Source: Candidatus Daviesbacteria bacterium RIFCSPHIGHO2_01_FULL_41_45
GTDB lineage: Bacteria > Patescibacteriota > Microgenomatia > Daviesbacterales > UBA10151
DNA length: 58,045 nucleotides
Reading direction: 5' to 3'
Assembly: GCA_001776975.1 (NCBI GenBank)
Contig: MFCS01000029.1
Location: 1-58,045, forward strand
A program made the translations under genes and the position numbers. The first letter of the stretch is position 1. Each line of letters begins with the position of its first letter. The notes below the pieces were generated by a model. That model saw only the letters and a program-made list of their open reading frames with translations. It did no database searches and was not told the origin of the DNA. Shown piece after piece: positions 38,619 to 47,781 of the stretch.

Positions 38619-40670
38619 ATGTCCTCTCAAAAAGGTATTGCCCATATTATCTTGCTGGTTGTCTTACTGGCTGGCCTAGCCCTTGGAGTTTACCTGGTCC
38701 AACAAAGAACTAATCTTTTCTCCAAAGCTTTTAGTAATGATAAAAGTGTTCAACAATTAACTAATGAGCTAGTTTCTTTAAATTCCCTTGCAGGGAGAAG
38801 TGCCCAAGATGATGAACAAATCAGTAAAATGTTGGCAGTAGCTACCAAAAGAAAAGATAAATTGTTAATGGAAGCTGAGGAAGATCCGCAGCTTTTTTTG
38901 GATCATGCTAGGCTCGTGTCTTCACGAACAGATTTTCCTGGTGATATTCAAAAGTATATTGAAGAGGAGAAGACTTTGCAGGGATATTTTGACGCTCGAC
39001 ATATTGATAGTTTTGATGAGCAAAAATCCCGGAAGGTATTTTTTATAAGGACAAAGGAAGAAAATATACAGCTATTTTTTGTTTCTCCTCCTGACAATGT
39101 CATAAACAACTCAAAAATTGAAGTGACTGGAGTATATCTGAGCAATAGAGCGGTCTTGCAATCATCAATTTCCAACGAACGATATGGAGTGAGAGTTGTT
39201 CAAGGAGGAGAAGGTCAGTTTCCAACGCTAGGCACGATCAAGGTAGCAGTTTTCTTAATTAATTATAGTGATAATCCAGGGGAGCTTGTAAGTAGAGAGA
39301 CGGTAAAAAAGCTTGTTTTTTCTGATGACAGATCAACTTCTAAATTTTTTGAGGAGACCTCTTTTGGACAATTAAAAATGACTGGTGATGTTTATGGGTA
39401 CTTTACTATTCCCAAAAGAAATCCCAATGATCCCCAATCTAGCTGTCCTTTTCTTTTTTATGAAGAGGAGACTCAGAAACTAGCTAAAAAACAAGGTATT
39501 AAGGTTGATGACTATGATTCTCTGGTTTTTGTACTAACTGGATCAGGAGATGGTTGTGGATTTGGTGGAATGGCTACCTTAGGAGGAAAACCAGGACTTG
39601 TGGATATTAAGTTGTACCGTGCTCCCCAGGTTTATACCCATGAATTGGGACATAATCTAGGAGTTGATCATGCTAATTTATTGAAGTGTGGCTTAACATC
39701 CGTCGATGATTATTCTCGTTGTCTACCAATTAATCAAAGGTTCTTTAGAGGGATTGAGTATGGAGATCGTTACGATATTATGGGATATTCCTCTGGCTTC
39801 AATCAATTTAATGCCCCACATAAAATAGCTGTAAATTGGATTTCTGGAGGAAAAGTTCAAGAGGTGACTGCAGACGGTATTTATACTATCACTGTTCCTC
39901 TTGAGACGAATATTGATAATGGAATTTACGTGCTGAAAATTCCTAAGGCTAACAGTAACGAACATTACTACCTAAGCTTGCGCAAAAAAATGGGATTTGA
40001 TAGCGATTTGCCCCAGGGAGTTGTTGATGGGGTAAGCGTACATATTTGGGATGGGATTATTTCACACCCAACTTTATTTGTAGATACTACTCCAGGAAGC
40101 TCGGCCATTCTAACTGAAGATTTTGCTGACGCTGGGTTAAAAGATGGAAACTATTTTTATGATTCTGTAAATAAAATTCAGGTAAAACAATTGATCCATT
40201 CAGGTGATTCAGTTAGCTTAGAGGTTAAGTTTAACGTTCAGACCTCACCTAGTAATCCCATACCGCCGATCCCTAGTCCAACATCAATGAAAGGTTGGGC
40301 AGTGACGGCTAATCCTGTTTGCCAAAACGGAAATAGACCAATCGGTCAAGGGAATATCTATTATACTGTTTGGCCAAGGGTTCCTTACAACTTAAATAAT
40401 CCTTTGCAGTGGGTTTATCCTGAAGCGTCACCCGGGGCTCAGACAGCGGTAATTTATACCGATAATGACGCTAATAATGTTTATGTAGGGTTTAAGGATG
40501 AAAAGGGCAACTCCTTAGTTCCCATTGATAAACCACCAGATCCCAATATTGAATATGGTAAATATTTTAATCTCCAAACCCCTTTAGCTAGGTGGAATCG
40601 TGCACTAGTTCCAAATTGGCCACCGGTTATAAAAATTAATTTTCGAGCTCCGGATTCTTGGTGTAACTAA
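38619..40670 (+). CDS. Surface metzincin metalloprotease (M11/M6-like) with pilin-like N-terminal anchor
   Basis: HELGHNLGVDH, Met-turn EYGDRYDIMG, N-terminus QKG|IAHIILLVVLLAG. Confidence 0.85.
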   Translation: MSSQKGIAHIILLVVLLAGLALGVYLVQQRTNLFSKAFSNDKSVQQLTNELVSLNSLAGRSAQDDEQISKMLAVATKRKDKLLMEAEEDPQLFLDHARLVSSRTDFPGDIQKYIEEEKTLQGYFDARHIDSFDEQKSRKVFFIRTKEENIQLFFVSPPDNVINNSKIEVTGVYLSNRAVLQSSISNERYGVRVVQGGEGQFPTLGTIKVAVFLINYSDNPGELVSRETVKKLVFSDDRSTSKFFEETSFGQLKMTGDVYGYFTIPKRNPNDPQSSCPFLFYEEETQKLAKKQGIKVDDYDSLVFVLTGSGDGCGFGGMATLGGKPGLVDIKLYRAPQVYTHELGHNLGVDHANLLKCGLTSVDDYSRCLPINQRFFRGIEYGDRYDIMGYSSGFNQFNAPHKIAVNWISGGKVQEVTADGIYTITVPLETNIDNGIYVLKIPKANSNEHYYLSLRKKMGFDSDLPQGVVDGVSVHIWDGIISHPTLFVDTTPGSSAILTEDFADAGLKDGNYFYDSVNKIQVKQLIHSGDSVSLEVKFNVQTSPSNPIPPIPSPTSMKGWAVTANPVCQNGNRPIGQGNIYYTVWPRVPYNLNNPLQWVYPEASPGAQTAVIYTDNDANNVYVGFKDEKGNSLVPIDKPPDPNIEYGKYFNLQTPLARWNRALVPNWPPVIKINFRAPDSWCN

Positions 40671-41590
40671 TCTTCGTAGTATTCCCGGAGCCTAAGATTA
40701 GAGGGTCCGTTTCTCAGTACCCGTTTTGCAGCTACTAAGGCATAACGGACCTCTCCTAAGGTAATGCCTAGCTGGTGGGCTATGTCGATAGGTGTGAGGA
40801 CTTCTTGACCACTCAAGCCAAAACTCATAGCAAGCACATCCTGCTGCCTAGGTTTCAGTCGGCTGATAGCTGTTGCTATTTCTTGTGTTAGCATACTTGC
40901 CTCAACTTGTTTTGTAGGATCAGCGCTAGGGTCAGCAACTAGATCTGCCAAAAATTGCGTATCCTCCTCGTTACCCATTGGGGCATTCAGAGAAAGGATG
41001 GGAGTATTATGTGGGAGTAGCTCATTAACAGTATCTTCTGATAATCCTGATATCTCCACCAATTCGGCTCTGGTTGGCTCACGATCTGTGCTTTGTAATA
41101 CCTCTTGCCTAATTCGCTCTAAGCCTCTCATCTGTCCTTGTGAGTGGATAGGGATACGGATACTTCTTGCTTGATCCTGAATAACTCGGCCGATCGCCTG
41201 CTTAACCCACCAAGTGCCATAAGTGGAGAACCTAAATCCTCTGGCGGGGTCAAACTTATAAACTGCTCTCATTATTCCTAAGTTGCCTTCCTGGATCAAG
41301 TCTTCTAAAGGCACACCTCTGCCGGTATTTCTTTTGGCAATCGAGACCGACAGTCTTAAGTTTGCCTCTACTAATTTTGTAAAAGCCTGATCGCCTAGTC
41401 TAGATTGCTCCAACCATAAAGAAGTTTGAGGGGAAGATGGATTATGTTGCAGATTATTTAGAGCTTGAATCCCCAGATCTTTGATTTTTCCGAGTCTTTG
41501 CTCTTGATCCGCAGTTAAAAGGGAGATCTGCCTAATCTCGCCAAAAAAAAGAGTTAGAGCGTCATCTGTGCCTGTTGCTCTTTCTGTCAT
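40667..41590 (-). CDS. RpoD-like sigma70 factor lacking region 1.1, with divergent region 4.2
   Basis: Region 1.2 DDALTLFFGEI; ANLRLSVSIAK; DLIQEGNLG; FSTYGTWWVKQAI; RIPIH. Start reassigned to MTER at 41590 to avoid overlap with pgk. Confidence 0.9.
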   Translation of the reverse strand: MTERATGTDDALTLFFGEIRQISLLTADQEQRLGKIKDLGIQALNNLQHNPSSPQTSLWLEQSRLGDQAFTKLVEANLRLSVSIAKRNTGRGVPLEDLIQEGNLGIMRAVYKFDPARGFRFSTYGTWWVKQAIGRVIQDQARSIRIPIHSQGQMRGLERIRQEVLQSTDREPTRAELVEISGLSEDTVNELLPHNTPILSLNAPMGNEEDTQFLADLVADPSADPTKQVEASMLTQEIATAISRLKPRQQDVLAMSFGLSGQEVLTPIDIAHQLGITLGEVRYALVAAKRVLRNGPSNLRLREYYED

Positions 41591-41626
41591 AAACAATTTT
41601 GAGATTATATAGAATATAATAACCTT

Positions 41627-42601
41627 ATGCAAACAGTTTCTGCCCAGTTTGTCTCCGCTAAGGTTGTTTTATTAAGGTATGACATAGATGTTCCTTTGTT
41701 AAATAGTATGGTCTTAGATGGTTTTAGATTGACAGCAGGCCTGGAAACATTAGGGCTCTGTTTACAAAATGGGAAACGGGTTATTTTAATGGGACATATT
41801 GGTAGGCCGGGAGGTCAAGAGGATAATTCCTTGTCTATAGCAGCAATTCATGATTGGCTAATGGGTCAACCAGAGATTAAAGCCCACCTCCAGAGTGGTA
41901 AATTAAAATTGTTGGAGAATCTCAGATTTGAAAAAGGGGAAGAGGATTGTAGCTTGGAGTATGCCCATCAACTGGCCTCGTTAGGAGAAGTATTTGTAAA
42001 CGAGAGCTTTGCTGCTTACCGTCCGTCTTCATCAGTAACTATTTTACCAACCCTAATGCCGGCAGTTGCTGGATTAAGGTTTAGCAAAGAGGTGGAGATA
42101 TTAACCGGAGTGAGGGAAAATCCGCGGAGACCGTTAGTGGCTATATTGGGTGGAGCTAAAGTGGAGGAGAAATTACCGGTAATTGAGGCCATGTCAAAGA
42201 TAGCGGATATAGTTTTAGTGGGGGGTAAATTGGTAGCGAATATTAAAGGGCAGATGTTAAGGGATAATGTATTTTTAGCTGAGTTGAATGAGTGGGGGAC
42301 AGATATCACTGATCAGACAGTAGAAAATTGGCAAATAATTATTAACAAAGCTGGGCAAATTATTTGGAATGGACCTCTGGGTAAAGTTGAGGATGAGAGG
42401 AATCAAAACAGCAAAAAAATAGCGGAGATGATTATTAACTCCCCAGCTTTGAGTTTAGTAGGAGGAGGGGATACTTTGGGAGCTTTAAAAAAATGGGGTC
42501 TGAGAGATAAGTTCCACTTCATTTCCACCGGTGGTGGAGCTATGTTAGAATTTCTAACTACAGGAACCCTGCCTACTGTTGAGGCACTGGGTGATATTTA
42601 A
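41627..42601 (+). CDS. pgk: Phosphoglycerate kinase (short, 324 aa)
   Basis: GHIGRP, LLENLRF, GGAKV, WNGPLG, GGGDT and ISTGGGA. Confidence 0.93.
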   Translation: MQTVSAQFVSAKVVLLRYDIDVPLLNSMVLDGFRLTAGLETLGLCLQNGKRVILMGHIGRPGGQEDNSLSIAAIHDWLMGQPEIKAHLQSGKLKLLENLRFEKGEEDCSLEYAHQLASLGEVFVNESFAAYRPSSSVTILPTLMPAVAGLRFSKEVEILTGVRENPRRPLVAILGGAKVEEKLPVIEAMSKIADIVLVGGKLVANIKGQMLRDNVFLAELNEWGTDITDQTVENWQIIINKAGQIIWNGPLGKVEDERNQNSKKIAEMIINSPALSLVGGGDTLGALKKWGLRDKFHFISTGGGAMLEFLTTGTLPTVEALGDI

Positions 42602-43772
42602 ATTAACTCTTCTCTTAATCATTTTTATAACCCCACTTTTAACTCCAAATTGGGGATTTAGTTATGAAAACATTAAGGTCTTGGGGTTTGTAATTTTAGT
42701 AAGCGTGATAGTTTTGGAATATGCGCTCAATAAAAAAAGACCCCAACTTAGATGGAGTAGGGTATCTGCTATATCCCTGTTGTTCTTGCTTAGCTTATCC
42801 CTAAGCTCTATTTTAGGGGTTAAACCCCCTAGTAGTATTATGGGGGAAGCCCCTTATTACCAGGGATTAATTTTTTATATTTATCTGTTTGTCTTTAGTT
42901 TATTAGTAGGGATATCAGGGATATCCATCAGACAATGGGTTGTTGTCTTATCTCTCTCCTCTTTGTTGGTTAGCGTCTTTTCTATTAAAGACTATCTGTT
43001 GCTACACCTTTTTCAAATTTATACTCCCACATATGCCGACAGGGTGGTGTCAACTTTTGGGCAACCTAACTTTTATGCCGGATTTATTCTTCTCACACTA
43101 CCTTTAACCAGCTATCTTTTTAAATCACCAAGAAATTTTATTAGGTTATTGGGTTACCTCAGTTTAATATTAGGAAGTCTGGCTATTATAGCCTCTGAAT
43201 CCAGAGTGACCAGCGGGTTATTATTAATATTCTTGCTGACGTGGTTGATTATCAGAGCTCCAAAAATAGTTGGCTTAACTCTGGCTTTTTTCTTAGGGTT
43301 TATTAGCGCCACTTATTTTTGGATAAATTTATCTACTCAGGGTTGGGATCAGACATGGTTAATCCGCAATGCTCCGGAGAGACGGTTGTTATTTATGCCA
43401 ACACTTTTGGAGGTGTCAAAAAAGAGTCTGTTGGTGGGATACGGGCTGGAAAATATTGGCGTGGCTTATCAGAGGCATTTTCAAGAAATGAATTTTAATA
43501 CCCTTAATGATCCTTTGGCTCATGCTCTAAAGAACTTACAGGTAGATAGGTCACATTCTTATTTACTAGATATATTATTATTTTCAGGAATTTTGGGGTT
43601 AGTTAGTTATTTGGGCCTAGTGGTAATCTTAATTTTTAAAACTAAATCTCAGCTACCCTTACTTTCCAGTCTGATGATCTATCTGATCTGGACCCAACTG
43701 CACAATCAATCAGTAGTTCATTTAATTTATTTTTGGTGGTTGGTAGGGGTAGTTTCTCAAGAGGCTACTTGA
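42579..43772 (+). CDS. O-antigen ligase / O-oligosaccharyltransferase family membrane protein
   Basis: STFGQPNFYAG, SESR, GYGLEN and DRSHSYLLD; start uncertain. Confidence 0.85.
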   Translation: MRHWVIFKLTLLLIIFITPLLTPNWGFSYENIKVLGFVILVSVIVLEYALNKKRPQLRWSRVSAISLLFLLSLSLSSILGVKPPSSIMGEAPYYQGLIFYIYLFVFSLLVGISGISIRQWVVVLSLSSLLVSVFSIKDYLLLHLFQIYTPTYADRVVSTFGQPNFYAGFILLTLPLTSYLFKSPRNFIRLLGYLSLILGSLAIIASESRVTSGLLLIFLLTWLIIRAPKIVGLTLAFFLGFISATYFWINLSTQGWDQTWLIRNAPERRLLFMPTLLEVSKKSLLVGYGLENIGVAYQRHFQEMNFNTLNDPLAHALKNLQVDRSHSYLLDILLFSGILGLVSYLGLVVILIFKTKSQLPLLSSLMIYLIWTQLHNQSVVHLIYFWWLVGVVSQEAT

Positions 43773-43797
43773 CAGAGAGGGGGGGGTGTTAAATACT
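43769..43797 (+). promoter_or_regulatory. Promoter with a G8 tract in the spacer
   Basis: TTGACA-N17-AATACT; G8 at 43779-43786; ATG 7 nt after the -10. Confidence 0.55.
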
Positions 43798-43804
43798 GGT
43801 TGTA

Positions 43805-45298
43805 ATGTCTAGGTATTACCAAAGGGGTGTGGCTCATATATTATTAATGTTGGTATTACTAGCTGGTTTAGCCTTTGGGGTCTATCTGGTTCAACAAAAA
43901 ACCAACCTTTTCTCCCGAGCCTCCTCCGGTCCAATCTCAGGCCCAATATACCCGAGTCCAACAACCTCAAATTTTGGTAAATCCTTAAAAGTAGATAACA
44001 CCACTTTGAGTAGAGCCCCCCAATTAGTTACAGTTCAGAGACAAACCCCGTTTACGATTGGTAAAGAGTTTACCGTAGAGTTCTTTGTAAAATTAAATAA
44101 GGCGACGACCGGTAGGCGGAACATTTTCCGGGTAGCCTCGCCTTCACAAAAGGGAATCACGATATCAGCTGATTATAATGGATCAACATCTGTTAACGAT
44201 TTGGTAGTCAGATTTAGTGACGGAGTAAAACTCACTACTTATAATTTACCAGTTTTGAGCGTGGGGGCCTGGCATCATGTGGCTGTTACTTATTCCACTG
44301 GGTTTAGAGATGATGGGTCTGAGACACATGTTGCTCGTGTATTTGTTGATGGAGACTTTAGTAAGCAAGCTTATGTTTTCGTAGATAATTATGCAGATGA
44401 TAATCTGGCGATAATTGAGGTAGGGGAGTTGCTTGATGGGGAGATTGATGAGCTAAGGGTCTCTGATCAGGTTCGTTACTCAACTGAATTTACTAATAAT
44501 CGGTACCCTTATGCTGGTCCCTTTGACACTGACGCAGGGACTTTATTGTTGCTACACTTTGACGGAAACGTTCAAGACTATAGTTCGTATAAAAATCATG
44601 GCCAACTTAATACCGGTAAGGAGTTGTTTGTGGATTCAACCCTGTCATCCAAAGGTTCAACTCCCTCTCCAACGACAGCTCCTCCTCCTGATGTTCCTGC
44701 TCCGATACCTTTGCCTCCAGGCTGTTTTGAGATCCCGATCATCGGGGTGGTATGTACTGGAGACAAGCCTGATCCCAATCTTCCCACTCCCACCCCCACC
44801 ATCAGCTACATGGGTGTCTGTGCTGACTCAGCTGGTAATGGTCCAGATGGGATTAAGTGTCAGACCAGCTCGTACTATTCATCTTCTGACAGTAAATGTA
44901 GCAATAAAAACCTATACCCTTATTACTACACTAGATGTCTTCAATCTTCAGTGACCCCATCACCATCACCAACTACTTCTCCAACTAGTATTGGGGGGGC
45001 TTGTGCTGACTCAGTGGGAAATGGATCCAATATCAAGTGTGAACCAAGCTCCTATAACTCTAATAAGGACAGCACCTGTACCAATAAAAATCTCTATCCT
45101 TACTACTACGATAAGTGTAATGCCTTAGCAGTTCCACCGCCACCAACTGGAGGTAAAGATGAGAGTTGTAGCGCTGGTCAGACTAAAGAGTGTATCGGCT
45201 ATTCATCAAACGGCGTCAATGCCTATTGCTGGCAAGGTAGTACTTATATTAAAGCGATCTGTAACTCCAGCTGTGCCAATTACGGTGATTGTAAGTAA
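43805..45298 (+). CDS. Surface protein: pilin-like anchor, LamG/ConA-like domain, Pro/Thr linkers, Cys-rich repeats
   Basis: QRG|VAHILL..., WHHVAVTY, GEIDELRVSDQVRY and two 4-Cys repeats. Confidence 0.85.
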   Translation: MSRYYQRGVAHILLMLVLLAGLAFGVYLVQQKTNLFSRASSGPISGPIYPSPTTSNFGKSLKVDNTTLSRAPQLVTVQRQTPFTIGKEFTVEFFVKLNKATTGRRNIFRVASPSQKGITISADYNGSTSVNDLVVRFSDGVKLTTYNLPVLSVGAWHHVAVTYSTGFRDDGSETHVARVFVDGDFSKQAYVFVDNYADDNLAIIEVGELLDGEIDELRVSDQVRYSTEFTNNRYPYAGPFDTDAGTLLLLHFDGNVQDYSSYKNHGQLNTGKELFVDSTLSSKGSTPSPTTAPPPDVPAPIPLPPGCFEIPIIGVVCTGDKPDPNLPTPTPTISYMGVCADSAGNGPDGIKCQTSSYYSSSDSKCSNKNLYPYYYTRCLQSSVTPSPSPTTSPTSIGGACADSVGNGSNIKCEPSSYNSNKDSTCTNKNLYPYYYDKCNALAVPPPPTGGKDESCSAGQTKECIGYSSNGVNAYCWQGSTYIKAICNSSCANYGDCK

Positions 45299-45318
45299 CT
45301 CTTAATCTTGACCTCATT

Positions 45319-45338
45319 ATTCGAGCGAAGCGAGAAGT
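45319..45338. repeat. REP-like short palindromic element
   Basis: attcgagcgaagcgagaagt; related elements at 47627-47645, 51753-51780, 51884-51905 and 3926-3949. Confidence 0.5.
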
Positions 45339-45407
45339 ACAGTGTTAACTTGGCTCGATTAATTTCCTCGCTTTACACTTTTAGCTTTCGGCTTTACACT
45401 AGATGTA

Positions 45408-46424
45408 ATGCTCATCAAAGTTGCTGTGAACGGTTTTGGAAGAATAGGTAGAAATGCTTTTAAGGTTATCATCGAGAGATTTCCAGATGAGATCGAGGTT
45501 GTGGCGATTAATGACTTAACCGATTCTTCAGTCTTAGCTCACCTCTTACAATATGACACTGCTTTGGGACGATGGGAGAGAGAGGTCTTCTCCGATGATC
45601 AGCACCTGATTATAGAGGGAAAGAAGATCCCAGTACTCGCTGAAAAGGTCCCAGCCAATTTACCCTGGAAAGACATGGGAATTGATGTAGTAATTGAATC
45701 AACCGGTAGATTTACTGATTTAGATGGAGCCAGACAGCACATTATCGCTGGAGCCAAGAAAGTGGTAGTGTCTGCTCCTGGCAAGGACGGAGTTCCAACA
45801 TTCTTAATTGGTGTTAATCACACTAAATATCAAGGCGAAGAGGTGATTAATAATGCCTCCTGTACTACCAACTGTATTGCCCCGGTGGCAGCTATCATCG
45901 CCTCTAAATTTGGCATACAGAAGGCCTTAATGACCACCATCCACTCAGTTACAGCGGAACAGAATTTAGTAGATGGACCACCTCCAGGAGGAAAAAGTAA
46001 CGACTTGAGGCGGGCCCGGGCAGCCTATCAAAATATCATACCTACCACCACAGGGGCAGCTATCGCCACAACCGAAGCTATCCCAGAGCTAAAAGGGCTA
46101 TTTGATGGGGTCGCCTTAAGAGTTCCAACGATTGTTGGCTCGATCTCTGATTTTACCTTTCTTTTAAAAAGGAAAACTACCGTTGAGGAGATTAATAAAG
46201 CTTTTAAGGAAGCTGAGGCAACTCCGTTTTACCAGGGGATTATGGCTACCACCGAAGAACCACTGGTATCATCCGATATCATCGGCCGCTCGGAGTCAGC
46301 CATAGTTGACCTATCCTTAACTCAGGTGGTTGACGGGGATTTAGTCAAAATCTTCGCCTGGTATGACAATGAATGGGGTTATAGCAACCGATTAGTAGAG
46401 CAGGTTTTAAACATCTCTAAGTAA
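45408..46424 (+). CDS. gap: Glyceraldehyde-3-phosphate dehydrogenase (type I)
   Basis: NGFGRIGR, NASCTTNC, RVPT and WYDNEWGYS. Confidence 0.97.
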   Translation: MLIKVAVNGFGRIGRNAFKVIIERFPDEIEVVAINDLTDSSVLAHLLQYDTALGRWEREVFSDDQHLIIEGKKIPVLAEKVPANLPWKDMGIDVVIESTGRFTDLDGARQHIIAGAKKVVVSAPGKDGVPTFLIGVNHTKYQGEEVINNASCTTNCIAPVAAIIASKFGIQKALMTTIHSVTAEQNLVDGPPPGGKSNDLRRARAAYQNIIPTTTGAAIATTEAIPELKGLFDGVALRVPTIVGSISDFTFLLKRKTTVEEINKAFKEAEATPFYQGIMATTEEPLVSSDIIGRSESAIVDLSLTQVVDGDLVKIFAWYDNEWGYSNRLVEQVLNISK

Positions 46425-46910
46425 GAGGTTAATGCGATCCCTAAAGTAAGTTACCCTCTCTTTTTCAGCAAGTAAAAGTTTTAGTAGGTCAGTTGGGTTG
46501 TTGGCATGACTGGTGATCACAGATTCATCTAAGCTTTTTATCTCCAGTACTCGTCTTCTCGCGACCTGGGTTTTGGTAGGTAGATTGATTCCTTGTAAAA
46601 GTTGGCATTTCTCTTCTTTTGTTAGAGGAATATTTGGCGGTGATGAGTGTATCTCGGTGTATCTTTTGTAGGCAATCTGTCCAAGCTCCGCTTCGTAGTT
46701 TTGTGGTGGTACTAAAATCCCGGCGTGCTTAATGTAGAAATTTTTTACCCAACTGGCATCTGGTCTTCCTTCAAGAGAGGCGGAAAACAGTAACACCCTA
46801 GAGAGGTGATGGACATACCCAAAAACATCTGAACTGTAATAACTAAGGGCATGAAGTGTTTGAATGGGTACCTGATGAGTATTTCCTGATCTCTCTGATA
46901 TTATCGACAA
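46407..46910 (-). CDS. Hypothetical protein
   Basis: 167 aa, TTG start, promoter upstream. Confidence 0.6.
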   Translation of the reverse strand: MSIISERSGNTHQVPIQTLHALSYYSSDVFGYVHHLSRVLLFSASLEGRPDASWVKNFYIKHAGILVPPQNYEAELGQIAYKRYTEIHSSPPNIPLTKEEKCQLLQGINLPTKTQVARRRVLEIKSLDESVITSHANNPTDLLKLLLAEKERVTYFRDRINLLLRDV

Positions 46911-46927
46911 GCTTTTGACCCTTGGAG

Positions 46928-46994
46928 ATGTTACTGGTAGAAGCCAAGCTTGTCAATATATATCTTGACAGTTGAGTTCAATTTTTATTAACAT
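46928..46994. promoter_or_regulatory. Mirror-image divergent promoters TTGACA-N17/18-TAACAT
   Basis: Minus strand: -35 at 46951-46956, -10 at 46928-46933. Plus strand: -35 at 46965-46970, -10 at 46989-46994. Confidence 0.65.
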
Positions 46995-47014
46995 CACAAG
47001 GTTGTGCAATTTTT

Positions 47015-47431
47015 ATGACAGAGATAAAAGGCGGTAGATGTTTTGATGAGAGAGGTGCAGCGTGTCACTTACGAGACTGTATTGATACCGTATTATCTCT
47101 TCGCAGTGAACTCCCTCCTGATTGGGTTAGACAGCTTGAGTTTACCAGAGAAAGTCTTAACCACTTAGCCTCCAGGGAGAGTCGTTTAACTACTAGTTCT
47201 CAAGGTATTAGGATACCACTGGTAAGATCAGCCGAGGAAAGGTTGGCTAGGTTAGTTGCTAGCGCAGTTGCAGCAGTTGATATTGACCAGGTTCCCTATA
47301 CTGATCTTCCGGATTATCGCGTAGGTAGAGTGGATACCGGAGTTTCGGGATTAGGATTTGGATTTCGGGAAGATCGGTTAGTTGGGGGTAATCGGGAGTG
47401 GAGAATAGAGGCGGTTTTGTCTCCGAGCTAG
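47015..47431 (+). CDS. Hypothetical protein
   Basis: 138 aa; N-terminal C-x7-C-x4-C. Confidence 0.6.
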   Translation: MTEIKGGRCFDERGAACHLRDCIDTVLSLRSELPPDWVRQLEFTRESLNHLASRESRLTTSSQGIRIPLVRSAEERLARLVASAVAAVDIDQVPYTDLPDYRVGRVDTGVSGLGFGFREDRLVGGNREWRIEAVLSPS

Positions 47432-47449
47432 AGAAACCTAACGGTTCAG

Positions 47450-47478
47450 TTGACATCGTTAGCTTCGTTTGATAAACT
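47450..47478 (+). promoter_or_regulatory. Promoter of the tRNA-Ala-23S unit
   Basis: TTGACA-N17-TAAACT with extended TG; boxA-like TTGCACCTTGAAA at 47791. Confidence 0.8.
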
Positions 47479-47644
47479 TTCCGTTACTAGATGAGACTCA
47501 ACGCAATTTATTTAACCTGCCTTTACGCTTAAAGGACATATCCTTGAGTGTAAAAGTACACTCAAGCGTTGTATCCCTCAAAAATATTAACATCTAAATA
47601 GGATTCGAGTATCGCTTCGGAGTTTACTCCGAGTGAAACGAGGA

Positions 47645-47716
47645 GGGCCCGTAGTTCACCGGTAGAACGCTTCATTTGCAATGAAGATGTAGGAGGTTCG
47701 ACTCCTCTCGGGTCCA
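47645..47716 (+). tRNA. tRNA-Ala(TGC)
   Basis: Acceptor gggcccg/cgggtcc with G3.U70, anticodon arm cttca-TTTGCAA-tgaag, GGTTCGACTCC. Confidence 0.95.
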
Positions 47717-47722
47717 CCCAGG

Positions 47723-47781
47723 TAGGGTCTAAGGTGTGGGGTCTAGTAATTTTTATTAGTCCCTAAACCCTAGTCCCTAAA
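47723..47781. repeat. Inverted pair of 7-bp tandem arrays (ORF-less hairpin)
   Basis: tagggtc taaggtg tggggtc tag ... tagtccc taaaccc tagtccc taaa. Confidence 0.7.
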
